Positions 38,629-51,789 of a stretch of DNA of 64,000 nt are shown here, in pieces (position 1 is the stretch's first letter; each line of letters starts with the position of its first letter). The stretch is from Chromera velia (Eukaryota). Position numbers and translations under genes: made by a program. The stretch is taken from assembly GCA_018398765.1 (NCBI GenBank), contig JAHBMJ010000321.1:62001-126000 (forward strand), written 5' to 3'. Under the pieces are notes generated by a model, which searched no databases, was not told the DNA's origin, and was given only the letters and a program-made list of their open reading frames with translations.

Positions 38629-40651
38629 GAGAGAGACAGACAGAGAGAGAAAGGGTGAGGTGCGCGCGCATCTACGCAGAGGGACAGACTGCATCATTCT
38701 TTTCTCTTTTCTCGCTGAGACAAGAATGAAAACTGAGACACACACAGTCGGTCTCATTCTTCTCCCGCCCCTCTCCTTCAATTTTCCGCTGACTGACCGA
38801 CTGACTGGCTCACTAAATTAAAGATAGACAGACGGATAGACGCACAAAGAGGAACAAAAAGAGAACAAGAGGCGAAACAAATTGCCATCCCAATACACCT
38901 AGCTCTCTACTTCTTGCTGACTGACCTCCAGCTTGGTCTTCAATTTTCTCATCTCACTTCTCTCTCCGTGCACGAGCACGACATATCGTGCCTGCAGGTC
39001 GTGCACGAACGCTCTGGTCTGATCGAAATCCGCGTGCGCAGAGAACGAAATATTCTCCACGCTCATCCTCACAGGCAGATTGCGACCCTGTATCGTCACA
39101 GAGTCTCTCTCTCTCCTCAAATCTTCCGCCAGTGTGCCCTTCACTGAGTAGCCCGTCAGAACTACGCAGCTCCGCCTGACGTGGAGAGGGAAAAGGAAAC
39201 CAAATGCGTCAGTAAATATCCACATTTCCTCAACAACACACGAGAAAAAAAACTCAGGCGGTTCGGAAAGCGACCTAGACAATGTACAGATCCAGAGGTG
39301 CATGTGTGTGTTTGGCATTCATCTGCAGACTGCATGTACGGCAGCAAATCAACCCACTCACTCACATGGGAAAAGAAGGACAAACGTCGCGTCGCATGCC
39401 GCTAGTGAGTCTCCCTCTTCCTGCTTGAGAGTTCGTCAATTGTCTTTTTCGTGTTCACTGCCCTCTGCAAGGGTGGGGCTTTAATCGCTTTTTGTCGTTT
39501 GCATGAAATCCCCCACAGAGACTCGCCACAACTTGCCGGCTCTGACAAGTTACATTAGCAAAGAGAGGAAAAGAAGCCTCATACATAGGGAAGAAGGCCT
39601 CACAAAGAGGAAGGCAGGGAAGGGAGGAGACTGTCCAACCAAGCCACCAACCAACCATCCAACCAACCTGTCGTCTGCCCACATCTCGAAGACAGCCCGG
39701 GAGGCTCCTGTCTGAAGCATTCCGGGTGCCGCCATTACGACACAAGGTTGGTCTGCATTCATTTTGTTTTTTCGGGATAGATTCATTCAAGTCGGAGGAG
39801 GGCAACTGGAATGGAGGGGGGGGAGAGGGAGCGACAGCGGTAAAGCACGTTCGAGAACAGTAGAGAAACAGCCCCCCAAAAAAGAAATTAGGGTTGAAGA
39901 GGGGACTTTGCGAAAGAGGGCGGACAACGGGGGTTGAAGGAGAGAATTGAAGAGATTTAATGAAAGCGAAAAGGATGGAATGGTCTCATTCATTTCCCCT
40001 GATTCTAACTTTCCATTGAATATTTCACCGCGTTCCCTGTTGGCTGTTTTTTTCTCATTCTCCTCTTTCTGCGACCGTGGGTCCTCAACACACTGGTCTC
40101 ATCTCTTTATTTAGGCTGAACATTTCCCAGGCTAACCTTTTTGCTTGAGGATGTCCCTCGTGGTTTGATCGAGGGTGCCCTTCGTTTTGATGTGCTTGAA
40201 CTTGAATGGATTTTCCCCTGTGTCTGCGATCTGCACCGGGCTAACAAAGCACGGTCTCTTTCCACCATTCATTCGACATCGCAAAATCACACAAGACGGT
40301 CTGGAAACGCATATACAGCTTCAAGAGTCGAACGAGGCTGGGCCGCCAGCAAAAAAGGAGATCAGAAGAAACGAACCCATTGACATTTGCACACTCTGGG
40401 AGTTTCGTGTAGCCCGTCTCTGCTTCAAAATTGTCGAACAAGATCAACCCAGACTCTCTTGTGTCTGCCCTCTTGGTCCAGTCAGCGATTCACTAAACAA
40501 GAGTTCAAGCCTGAGTGAGTACCTAAAAAGACGATCCCTTAGACCTTCTTCATCGACTGACTTCTCTGACTTTATCTCCGCAAAGCCCAATGAAGGTCTC
40601 GAACACTCGAAGGCTCTTCTTTGACATCGGACTAATCTGCACACACACACA

Positions 40652-40694
<43 letters not shown>

Positions 40695-42972
40695 AATCAC
40701 ACAAATACGTTTATGCATGGAAACAGAGTCAATTGCAACGAAATCGAAGGACAGGAAAGCTCCGTCGTCCGTTTGCAACCTTCAACCTTGCTATCACTCT
40801 TTCCCCTCCTTGCACGCCTCCCTGACTGACGAACTGACTGACAAAGTAGATCGGCACGTTCTCTCGAAGAAACCTGTGACGCTCCCAATACTCTTCCAAG
40901 ATCAACAGAAGCTCCTGCAGGCAGGCAGGCAAGCCAGATGCAGACAAAAGCAAAAGCTAAAAAGAATCCGACGACCAGAAAAAGAACAGCACAGACACAA
41001 TGAATGAACGAGACTTCCCTCCCTCCCACCCTGAAGGAAGGGGACATAAAGGTCAGTCAAAAATAAACCATAGGCAGACAGACCTACAAAGGAACACCTG
41101 GCCACCCCACGATCGATCCTTTTGTTTTCATCATCAATCCTCTTGATTTCCTCTGCTTCCAGTGCTTTGTCTGCGGGTAGGGCGCCCGAATGACTGACCC
41201 TTCTTCCCTTTTCGTGTCCCCCATGTATCAGATACACACACAGTCTGAAGACACTGAACTGACCTGAGCTCTACCGAGAGCGAAAACTGGCATGAGTACC
41301 CTTCCCTCTCTCCTAACGATGTCATGCACAGTCCTGAGGAGACGGGCTTCTCTGGCCCTCCTGTTCTCGTGCACATGGATCCCGTACGTGCTCTCACAAA
41401 TCAGAACGTCCACTGCCTTTCCTCCAAGCTCGGGCACCTCCGCCATCGGAACGTGACGGTCGTCTTCCCGAGAGTAGTCCCCTTTTGTTTTTCGAACGTG
41501 TGGCTCAATTTGTTGCACACAGAACAAAAAGGCAGGCATACACGCGTGGCGTCGCTGGTTCCCCTCATACATCTACAATATGATTGGTTGATATTTCAGG
41601 TTGAGCTGCGGGTGTACCACACGAAACCCCACCCAACAAACCCAACCTCCCACCCACCCACCTCCCAAACCCCACACACAACCACACCCAACCACCGCCG
41701 CCCACAAACCCACCCACACCAACGACCCACACATGCACGAATGAAGGAGGCAAAGACTTAACACAGCTGAAAGCCTGCTGGAAAAAACGACAATTCTCCA
41801 ACCCGAGATTTCTTCAGGATATTGCAAGGAATAGAAAATGTCAAGGTGGGATGAAATGCGTCACATGAGCAGCCCTCATCTAGGGCGGGAAACAGCAGGA
41901 AGGGAGGAGGCATTCCTTCTTTCTGTCTGACCTACCGACCTACCAGTATAGAGGATGCGGACTCCATCTATAGTCACTAGGAACATACAGGCCCCTAGAA
42001 CATGGCCTGCCCCGAAGCATGTGAACTCGATTCCCTTGTGAACTAGCTCCTGTCTGAAATCGATGGTGCGGATGTCGTGCATTGACTTGGCGATGTCCTC
42101 TTGGCTGTACAGAGCCGCCCCCCCCCCGTCTTCATCTGGAGAGACTTTCGCGTAATCCTGCCACAAAAGATGACAAATTGCGCGAGTGGGCTCTGTCATG
42201 TACACCCTCCCACTGAAGACTGTCTTTTGCATCAGGTAGGGCACAGCAGCGGCATGGTCCAGATGGAAGTGGGTGATCAGACACAAGTCGATTTCAGTCA
42301 GGTCCACAGCATCCAGCATGGGGGTCACGTTCGCCCCCGTCATCCCGGGATGGACCCCACAGTCGAACATCACAGTGCGCCCACGGTATGTGACCTGTGA
42401 AGGAGGGACAAATGAACGGTGCACTGGCATAGCGATACGCTGTGAAGAGGAAGTACATGAAGAAAGGGAAAACGGAGAAGGGAAAGACTACGGGTAGATA
42501 AATTTATAGAACTGAAGATCGAAAGAAAGGTGGACAGGCACAGAGATTTGCGAAAGAGACGGGAAAAGGATGTGGAAAACTCATTCAAGAAGGACAGGCC
42601 AAGCCAAGGCAGGGCAGTGAGGAGAGCACAAAAGGAAACGTTAGCGGCGCTGCAGAGACGGAGAAAGGCCCAATGATCACAAATGGAGATGCGGTCGTAA
42701 AGAGGACTCAGGCAAGGCAAGGAGATTGGGCAAAAAGCGCAAGATCCTGGAAGAAAATAAAGATAGACTGCAGGCCAAAAAGACGAAAAGGTGGGCAGGC
42801 AACCATGGATGAATGAGACCGACGAGAACAGGACAAAAAGGAGACGGAGACGACGACTCACTACAATGCAAGACCTTCCCACTTCACTCCCAGCTCCCAG
42901 AGGAGTGACTGTGAGGATGTTTCCATCATCCATTTCAACTATGCTGCCCCCACTCTCTCCAGCAGTTGCCAT
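35212..42972 (-). CDS. CPSF3: Cleavage and polyadenylation specificity factor 73-kDa endonuclease (metallo-beta-lactamase/beta-CASP), 14 exons
   Basis: Exons 42972-42862, 42394-41944, 41481-41264, 40914-40843, 40636-40562, 40230-40137, 39752-39668, 39175-38926, 38466-38394, 38135-37882, 37267-37233, 36691-36559, 36144-35992, 35457-35212. Motifs: [63 protein letters not shown]. Confidence 0.95.
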
Positions 42973-43408
42973 CGCGAAGAATGATCGAAAGCGAAAGGAG
43001 ACGGGAAGAGACGGAAGAGCCGAATTATGTGTCACACGAGACTGCGCCCCCCCTTTTGCCCCACTTCACTGGAAGCCTCTGCCACTGTCTTTCGGCTTTG
43101 GTTTACAGACCTTCCAGCTGATTGGACTGAATCGAAATGTAGGGAATGTCTACGGAACTTGGAGAGGCTGAAACAGAGAGGTATTTGGACACTCTCACCA
43201 ACGGACACTCCATCTATATTTATGATCGAGGATCTGCATGAACTACGGAAGTCCTGTTCACAGTGACACAGTTGTGACACAAAGTTGGTCTTGTGGCCGC
43301 CTTGTGGTGCCTTTCGTCGGTTACATCATGTATTGGTTGCGATCCTCTTACAATAATTTGCTCAGACTCGAAATGACTCGAAGAATGCACCGAATGCATA
43401 TAGAATGC

Positions 43409-43725
43409 ATGGCCCGGAAAGCGTAGCTGCATGAGGGGCACTTACAAAGAGTTGAGCTGCACGCATGGGAGCATGAGCGTGAAATGTGCCTGAAGCTTAG
43501 ACATGCTTAGATCTGACGCACTCCGTGCGAATGGCCCGGAAAGCGAAATTTATTCTTGTTGCCCCTGCTTTAAATTTGGAAAGTGCCTCCTCAGCTGAAT
43601 TGTCTTTCCGGGGCCGAGCTTGGCGTGCGTTCAGATCTTCCTGTAAACGTCGGACGCAGCCATCCGTGTGGTCTGGGGGGGTGCAATTTTTGTTAAGTGC
43701 CCTCTCAGCTTCGCTTTCCGGGCCA
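43409..43725. promoter_or_regulatory. Repeated motif cluster in the CPSF3/HDAC divergent intergenic region
   Basis: ATGGCCCGGAAAGCG at 43409 and 43531 (+). TGGCCCGGAAAGCG at 43712-43725 (-). Variant at 43604-43615 (-). Linked GAGGGGCACTT/AAGTGCC boxes. Confidence 0.55.
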
Positions 43726-43992
43726 CTTGGGCCGGTGCTTCGTAAAAAAAGCACTTCAGAAATGAGCTCCATCTAACATCACGATTCACTTCATGCAAAG
43801 GTCATTTTTTGAAGAGTGGCAGGAAATTCAGTGTGTGTCTACTCTTTTGTTACTTGTGACACCCAACGTCGTCTCCTCGCAGAATATTCGTCACCTGTCT
43901 CCTTCTCAGGAACCAGAAAACTCAGAGACGGCAATTCGACTCCCAAACTTTCCCTCAACTTTGTGCTTCGGACAAAACACCGGGCCGCCAAG

Positions 43993-46900
43993 ATGACCAC
44001 CGAAACAAAGTCCAGGAAGAAGAAGGTGGCCTACTTCTATGACTGTGAGTCCTTTCTGCCGTTTCCAGTGAGCATGCTATAATCGTCTCCGGTATTATTG
44101 CTGAGCTTTTACCCTTTCCTCCAGTGGGCCCCTTTGACTTGTGCTTGATTGACGGCCCCCTCGTCTGTGCAGATCTCATTGGGGACTATGACTACGGCCC
44201 CAACCACCCCATGAAGCCCCACCGAATCAGAATGACTGACGCATTGCTTCACGGTTATGACCTTATTCGAGAAATGGCCCCGATAGTCAGTCTGCCAGCC
44301 GTCTCCATTCAGGCCATTTTTTTCTTCAGCAACTTCTGCCTCTTTTGAGTCTGACCTGTTTTCCTCTGTCTCTCATGTCCGTTTCTGCACATCTTACTTC
44401 TCTTCTTCACTGCCTTGCACTTGATGCTCTCCTTTGCGCAATCTGTGACTTGCTGGATGATGCGGCGTCTCGTCTGGTGCCATCGAGGAAGGGCGGGAGA
44501 AGTTTCGTCTTTCTCAGCCACTTACCTCAATGCACTTGCTGTGCCTTTTTTGGATAAAGCGTGGAAGAGTCTCTTGACATGAGCATCGAAAAGAAAAGTG
44601 CAAAGAGACTCACCATGGGAACAGTGGGGGTTACAAATACTTTGTGAGAGGACGGACTGCCCATGCAGTCTCCCGTCTCTGTCTGTACGTTTTTCCCCTT
44701 CCACCCCCCTTCAGACCACCTTTGCCGCCCGTCTCTCCCCATGGTTACAGATTGGACGCCAATCCCTGTGCATTTCCTCTGCCTTCTCCCCCCCCCCCTC
44801 TCTCTGCGTACAGCAAGCCCAAATCGGTCGGGATGACCTGATGCAATTCCACGCAGAGGACTACATAGAGTTCCTCGAGACCGTCGACCACCAGACATTC
44901 CCAGAGTGCGATGATGTCGTGCAGAAGTGTCAGCAGCTTGATTGCACGTGTCCATCTCTGCTCTGTCTGTCTCCTTTCCCATCCCTTGTGTGCTGCTTGA
45001 TGACAGTCTTTTCTTTTTTCCTGAGTGCATGTCTGTCTGTCTCTCGGTCTCTGTGTTTCGCTCTGCTTGTCCTCTTGCCCGTTTATGCGTGTGCCGGTGT
45101 GTCAAGTTCTATGCTTATCTGCCGACTTCTTTGCCAGCGTGCCTGGCCCCCGCTTTTGTCTGCCTCCGCGTCTGTTCGTTTGTCTGCCTGCTATCCATCT
45201 GTTAGTCTGCCTGCCTTTCTCTCTGGGGACTTTGAATGTGTCTAGCGAGGAGTCTGAAAGAGAGGAGAAGATGAGAAAAAAAAATCCTTTTGTTTTCTTC
45301 CCGTGATTCTCTTTCCGTGGGTGTGGGGATGATGAAAGCTTGCAAGAAGACGCAGGATTAACTCTCATTCACGGTTTCCCTTTTTCCCCCCCCTCTTTGT
45401 GCGGGTTGGTTTCTGCAAACTATCTTGCTCTCTGCAGACAATGTGAACGAAGACTGTCCTGTGTTTGAGGGCCTGTGGGACTTCATCAGGACGTACAGCG
45501 CAGGATCCATTGGTTGGTTTCTTTCGTTGGGGGTGGATGTGCCAGAGGGGGGTGGGAATTTTATCCATTTCGTTTTCAGTGTTTGTGCCAGTTTTACGTC
45601 TCCACTGCGTCTCTATCAGCCAGTCTTGATCTGCTTTGTTTTTTTTTGGTGGGCAAGGATTAAACAGAAAACAGAGAAAAAGCGATAGAAACAGAAAGAG
45701 AGCGCGCGAGACAAAGAGGCCGCTCAATCTCTCTAACTCCGACCGTCCGCTGCCTTTGTCCACTTTCTCCATCCTACTCGTAGACCCACAAAGAGAATTT
45801 AGCCAGACAGACAGTTGATATCTGTCTCTCTCCTGATATCTGTCTCTCTCCTGATATCTGTCTCTCTCCTGATATCTGTCTCTTTCCGACCCTGACTCAC
45901 CGTTTGTTGATTCGTTCAGGAGGAGCGCAGCACATCAACAGTGGCGCCTCTGAGATCGCCATCAACTGGTCAGTCTGTCAGACACACAGTTGACGTCAAT
46001 CAACAGCTGGGTATCTCACAAAGCCGTGGGGCGAAAATTGTTGTGTTGTGTGTTTTCTCATATCGTTGTCTGTCGGTCGCTGTAGTGCAAAGAGAAAGGC
46101 TGTTCGAATGGTGAGAGGAGGAGAAAGAGTGTTTCTACAGAAGAAAAGAACAGATTGGAAGGAGGGATGGGAGCGCTGCTCGTAGATACGAAAGGGATCT
46201 GGTGTTGACGCTCCGTTTTTTTTTGTCTTTGCTAAGTGACTGTTTTCTTCGCCCTTCCACCTTTTTCCTTTTCTGTCATCCGGGTTTCTTGCGTATCTTT
46301 CTCTCTCTTCGTGGAAGAAAAAGAATATGTGAGGGACATTCTGCTGGCTGCCACCTTTTCTCCCGATTGTGCCGCTTTGTCTGTCTCTTTTGCTGCGTGT
46401 CTGGATGGTTGTGTGGCAATCAAATGGCCGGATGGATGGATGGATGGATGGATGGATGCATGCAGGAGTGGAGGTCTTCATCACGGGAAGAAGATGGAGG
46501 CCTCCGGATTCTGTTACGCCAACGATTGCGTCCTTGCGTGCATCGAACTTCTCAAGGTCGGTCGGTCGGTCGGTCGGTCAGCGATGAAGGCTCGCTTGTT
46601 TGTTGTCTGTCTTTCTTGCTCCTTCGATGGGAGGGGGGCACGTGGCCTTCGCCTGTCTCTGTTTCTTTCTTTCTTTCTGTACGGACTCTCTCGCATGGAT
46701 GGAACGTCTGTGTGTCTCCTCGATGATGCAAGCCGCACGGCCGGTGCTATGCCATGGAAGGTGACAGCATGTTGCACATCTATGCATTTGTTTCGCCCAC
46801 ACAGGCTAGGCAGCGTGCAAGCATGTGATGCGTGCGTGTTTGGTGTTGACACCTGCCTGCCTGCTGCAGCGTCACGAGAGGGTCCTGTACATCGACATCG

Positions 46901-47480
46901 ACATCCATCATGGAGACGGCGTGGAAGAAGCGTTCTACACGTCTCCTCGGTTGGTTGGTGTTTTTGTCTCGCAGCCAAGCAACGAGTCTCCCTGACAGTC
47001 GCACAAGTTGCTCTGTGCAGTGCACCAGCATCTCTGAAGTCTGTTTTCATTCAGCATGCGTCAGAAGCGGTGTCTTTGCTTTGCTTTGTTGGTCTACGTG
47101 CAGCTGCATGTGCGTATCGTTCCACAAATTTGGAGAGTACTTCCCGGGAACGGGGGCCATCGAAGACACGGGGTCTGGAGCAGGCCACGGATATTCAATC
47201 AACGTCCCTTTGCAGGTAGGTGTGTGGTTCTTTGGGGGGGAAAGGCGATTTTGTCTCTGTGGGGCTTTGAGGCGGGAGGTGAGACGTCATTTTTTTTTTC
47301 TGCAGAAACGGGCGGACAGATTTACAGAGAAAAAAAGGTGTGCACAGTATCTCCCCTCCGAGAAATCGGGGGGAAGATGATTTCTGCCAGGGTCGACCTT
47401 TTGACTACATGCGTGGATGTAATATTTGACTTGTTGGGGAAGCGGACGATGGGACGAGAGCAGCATGCAGAGGTTCCAAA

Positions 47481-47530
<50 letters not shown>

Positions 47531-50017
47531 TGTGTGTATCTGCAGGATGGCGTCACTGACGAGATGTTTATCGACATTTTCACCCGGGTGAGTTGTTTGT
47601 CTGCGTTGCTGGCTGCCTGCGTTACTTTTCGTCTTGTATAGAATGTGCAAGCTTGGTTAGTCGATGCTGGGGTGACGTTGTTAAATCAATGAAGGACTCT
47701 TCGCTTACTACACTCACTCTTTTCAAATGAGCAAAGAGAACGAGTACCAAAGAATTGGCGAGGGACAAATTCTGTGGAAGAAACCGAGAAGGAAGGAACG
47801 AAGCCGTCGATTGTCAAGCTCCCGATTGCCAAGTCATCCCAGACGGTAATCGGTACAGGAACGGCGGTAGAAAGAACGGACACAGCGGGATCCTCTCGAC
47901 GTGGCCGGCGCGTCTTCCTTTCGCCCGGTCGCTCTCTTTACTCTCGCACAATTCTCAATTTGTTTCTCAAAAGATCTCACTTAATATCTCTCCGTCTCTC
48001 TCTCTATTCCTCTGCGTCTACTTCCTTCCTTCCGGTCTCACCGTCCCACGCATCATCGAAGAAGAAAAGACTTCGTCCAGGCTCCGAGGAAAGGAATGAA
48101 GTAAAGAGGTCTTTCCTCTTCTTTGTCGTATTGCTCATCTACACACGTGAACGAACGAATGAATGAATGAATGAATGAATGAATGCGTTCGGGCAGGTGA
48201 TGAACCTGGTGCGAAGCAGATTCGACCCCCAGGCGGTCGTCCTCCAGTGCGGCGCCGACTCTCTCTCTGGTGATAGGTTGGCTCTCTCTCTCTCTCTCTG
48301 TCTGTCTGTCTCTCTGCCCTGACTTCTCTCGGTTTCTCCTTGCGACCTGCTGTTTTTGTTTGAATGGTTTTCCTGTCATTCTGCAGGTTTTTTTGTTTTC
48401 TCCGTTGTGTTCCTTTCTGTCTCTCCCTCCGAGTCTCTGTCTGTCCAATTTGCTCTCTAAGATCCGTCTGACTCCCTCCCAGTCCACCCGTTTTTCTTCT
48501 TTCTGGAGCATTGTTCAAAGTCCATCCACGCGCCCTTCTTACTGATTTCCCCCCCTTCCTTCCCTTCAGACTCGGGTGCTTCAACCTGACCCTGGAGGGC
48601 CATGGATACGCTGTGGAGTACGTTAAGAATTGGAGAGTACCCATGGTGGTCCTCGGGGGCGGGGGGTACACTCTGCGGAATGTGGCCAAATGCTGGACGT
48701 ATGAGACGGCAGTACTCCTCGAGAAGGAACTGGACCCTGGTCGGTTCTTTCTCTTTTCTTTCTTTCTTTTCTTTCTTTCTTTCTTTTCTTTCTTTCTTTA
48801 TGAGTGAGGCCGAGAGAAGGGACCGTGACACGAGCCGCATATTGAGTCCTTTTTTGTCGGTTCATGAGTCTGAGGAATGATCCATCGTGCATTGGCATAT
48901 TTTTTTTCTGCATTGTGTCGCCGAGGCTCTTCTCTTCTACCTCTCTTTCTGTCTGAATGCATGCTGTGTTCGCGTTGTGGCTCTCAACTTGTTATCGAAC
49001 TGTGGAGAATTTGCGGAGGCACATACATAAATATGTGATTTGTGTATCTGTCTGCGTCTAATGTGTGCGCCTCTATCCCTCTTAGAGTCCAAAATCAAAC
49101 CGTGAGACTGCTACATGAATGAAAGGGAAGAGAGAGAGAATGAATGAACGAACGAACGAACGAATGAACGAAAGAACATACGACTGGATGCATGACTGCA
49201 TGACTGCATGCAGTAATCCCTGAGGACACGAAATATTTGGGATATTACGGACCCGACTGTCGACTTGAGGTCCTTCCGAGCTCCGTTCTCGAGAACCATA
49301 ACTCACGAGCAGACATGGACAAGATTGAGTCAGTCAGTCAGTCAGTCAGACAGTCAGTCAGTCAGTCAGTCAGTCAGTCAGTCGGACAGTCAGTCAGTCA
49401 GTCAGTCGGTCAGTCGGTCGGTCAGTCGGTCAGTCAGTCAGTCAGTCCGTCAGTCAGACAGTCAGTCAGTCGGTCAGTCAGACAGTCAGTCAGTCAGTCA
49501 GTCAGACAGTCAGTCAGTCAGTCAGTCAGACAGTCAGTCAGTCAGTCAGTCAGTCAGTGAGTCAGTCAGTGAGTCAGTCCGTGAGTCAGTCAGTCAGTCA
49601 GTCAGTCAGTTAGTCAGTCAGTCAGTCAGTCAGACAGACAGTCAGTCGGTCAGTCAGACAGTCAGTCAGACAGACAGACAGTCAGTCAGTCAGACAGTCA
49701 GTCAGTCAGTCAGTCAGTCAGTCAGTCAGTCAGTCAGTCAACGGATGCCCTGATTGTCCGACTGCGACTGGACGCGGAGAGGCCCTAGCCTGTCTATGTG
49801 ACGCTTCATGCCCTCTTTTGTCGCTTTGTGCCTGTCTACGCACTTCTTTTTTTGTGCGTCTGCCCTCTGTCTGTTGGCAATCTTTCCGTTTCTCTGTCCA
49901 CCTTCACTCATTCTTTTTTTGGGTACTGATGTTCAAGTGGGACGTCCATTTTGTGCATTTGTTAGTCTCTCCAAGGTCCCTTCTGTTGGGTCACAGGATG
50001 TAGGCAACGTTTTTTTC

Positions 50018-50049
<32 letters not shown>

Positions 50050-50072
50050 TTCTTTCTTTCCTTCCTTCTTTC

Positions 50073-50105
<33 letters not shown>

Positions 50106-50259
50106 TTCCTTTCTTTCTTTCTTTCTTTCTGCCTGGTTGGCTGACGGAGCGAGACTGTGCCATGAGGTAAAGAAGTGGTCAACCAGACAAATGAGCTGAG
50201 TAGAGGCTTGCAGGCGACCATCACGTTCTCTCTCCCTCTCCCTCTCCCTCTCCCTCTCC

Positions 50260-50308
<49 letters not shown>

Positions 50309-50631
50309 GGCTTTTGCTTTGCAGGCAGCAGCTCGTTGAAGTCATGAAAGGAAAAGTCTTTGCCACAAACGCCGGAATCAAATCGGCTGCAGGTCTGTCC
50401 CTCCAGTCTTTCTTTCTTTCTTTGTTTCTTTCTTTCTTTGTGTACAAGAATTTTGCTTTTCCCCGCTGTTTTTGCGTGCATTCTCCGCGCGGGCCTATCT
50501 GTTTGCCTTTCTATCTCTCCATCGGTCTGTCTCTGACTGTGTGTCAAACGGTTCTTTCTACTGCTGCTGAGAAGAACAATGCATCATTATTTTGATCGGA
50601 GAAGTAGAGCAAGGCCAGAGAGAGAGACATG

Positions 50632-50684
<53 letters not shown>

Positions 50685-51463
50685 GAGATCTCTCCTCTGC
50701 CCTTTCTTCCTCTGGATTCTCTGGGACTCGAATAGAAAAGATGAGTGAGTGACTCTGTGCGGGAATGAATGAATGAATGAAAGGATGGATAGATGGATGG
50801 ATGGATGGATGGATGGATGCAGTCAACGATTCCGGACCCTTCCCGGTATTGAACCTCCAACGAAGCGAACAGGATGACGACGGTCAGTGAGTCCCTCTGC
50901 CTGCATGACTTCTTGCTATCTGCCAGCCTGTCTGCCTGCCTGCCAGCCTGTTTGTTTGTCTTGGTATTTTGATGAGGTTTTCCCGCCCGTCTATTCCTTC
51001 TCTCCTGATTCTGCACCGGGTAGGCAGATCGATCAAAGATGCAAGGCCGTGTTTGGGGATTTTCCGGGCGCAAAGAAAAGGTGCTCTTCAGTGGCTTCAG
51101 GTGTGCCTCTCTGGAAGAGCGCTTGGCTGAACGATGCTTCGAGAGTTCGCTCGACAAAGTGGTTTCTGAGAAGGATGTGTGCTCGGTCTGTCTGCAAGCA
51201 TCAGCGTTCGACGACCGCGTCAATGTAGGGAGCTGCTGCACCTGCTTCCTGCCTGTGCTTCTTCCTCCCTTTCTCATCAGCTCTTTGGCTTGCAAACAGG
51301 ATGGATGTCCGTTTGACCCGAGGAAACAAAATAGAAAGCCGTGCATGGGGGTGACCGTCTCCATCGGTCTGTCTGACTGCCTGTCTGAATCTCATGTAGA
51401 CCACCTTTTCGACGTCCCTGGTTTGTTCTGGTGTCTGCAGCGGATGTGCGGATGACAGACTAA
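43993..51463 (+). CDS. Class I histone deacetylase (RPD3/HDAC1-3 family), 15 exons
   Basis: Exons 43993-44044, 44173-44285, 44814-44928, 45438-45512, 45920-45968, 46466-46556, 46870-46949, 47104-47215, 47546-47587, 48197-48276, 48570-48739, 49214-49328, 50325-50392, 50823-50882, 51441-51463. Motifs: [54 protein letters not shown]. The last three exons are less certain. Confidence 0.93.
45816..45887. repeat. Intronic 18-bp tandem repeat x4
   Basis: TGATATCTGTCTCTCTCC occurs four times (last copy variant), just upstream of the acceptor at 45919. Confidence 0.9.
49329..49740 (+). repeat. ~410-bp imperfect (GTCA)n array beginning exactly at an HDAC splice donor
   Basis: The exon ends ...AAG ATT GA at 49328 and the intron starts GTCAGTCAGTCA..., with GTCG, GACA and GTGA variant units. 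Confidence 0.95.
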
Positions 51464-51789
51464 TCTCGGCATCGATGCGAGGATCGATGCTTCGTTGCAG
51501 CACTGAATTAAACTTTGTTTGAATTCTATGGGAGAAAAACAAAAGGGGCCTAAAAAAAAACGAACGACAAACTGTCAAATCACGGTGAACAGTCTGGGGA
51601 ACAGGTGTATCGCAAATTTGTGGGGAAAAAAAAGTTATTTTTTTTGTATATCCAAAGTATGATATACGCGGAAATTATACTCAAAACACTAGCAAAATCA
51701 AGTAGATCATTCAATGAGGAAAAGTTTATGTTTTTAATGATTAAATAACTTAATTTTGCTTGTTCATTGGAATTGTGTAACAATTTGTG

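Noticed and set aside
49237..49753. SQSV-repeat proteins and the many HTHT/CVCV/ERER ORFs in the ORF track
   Set aside because: They are translations of intronic microsatellites.
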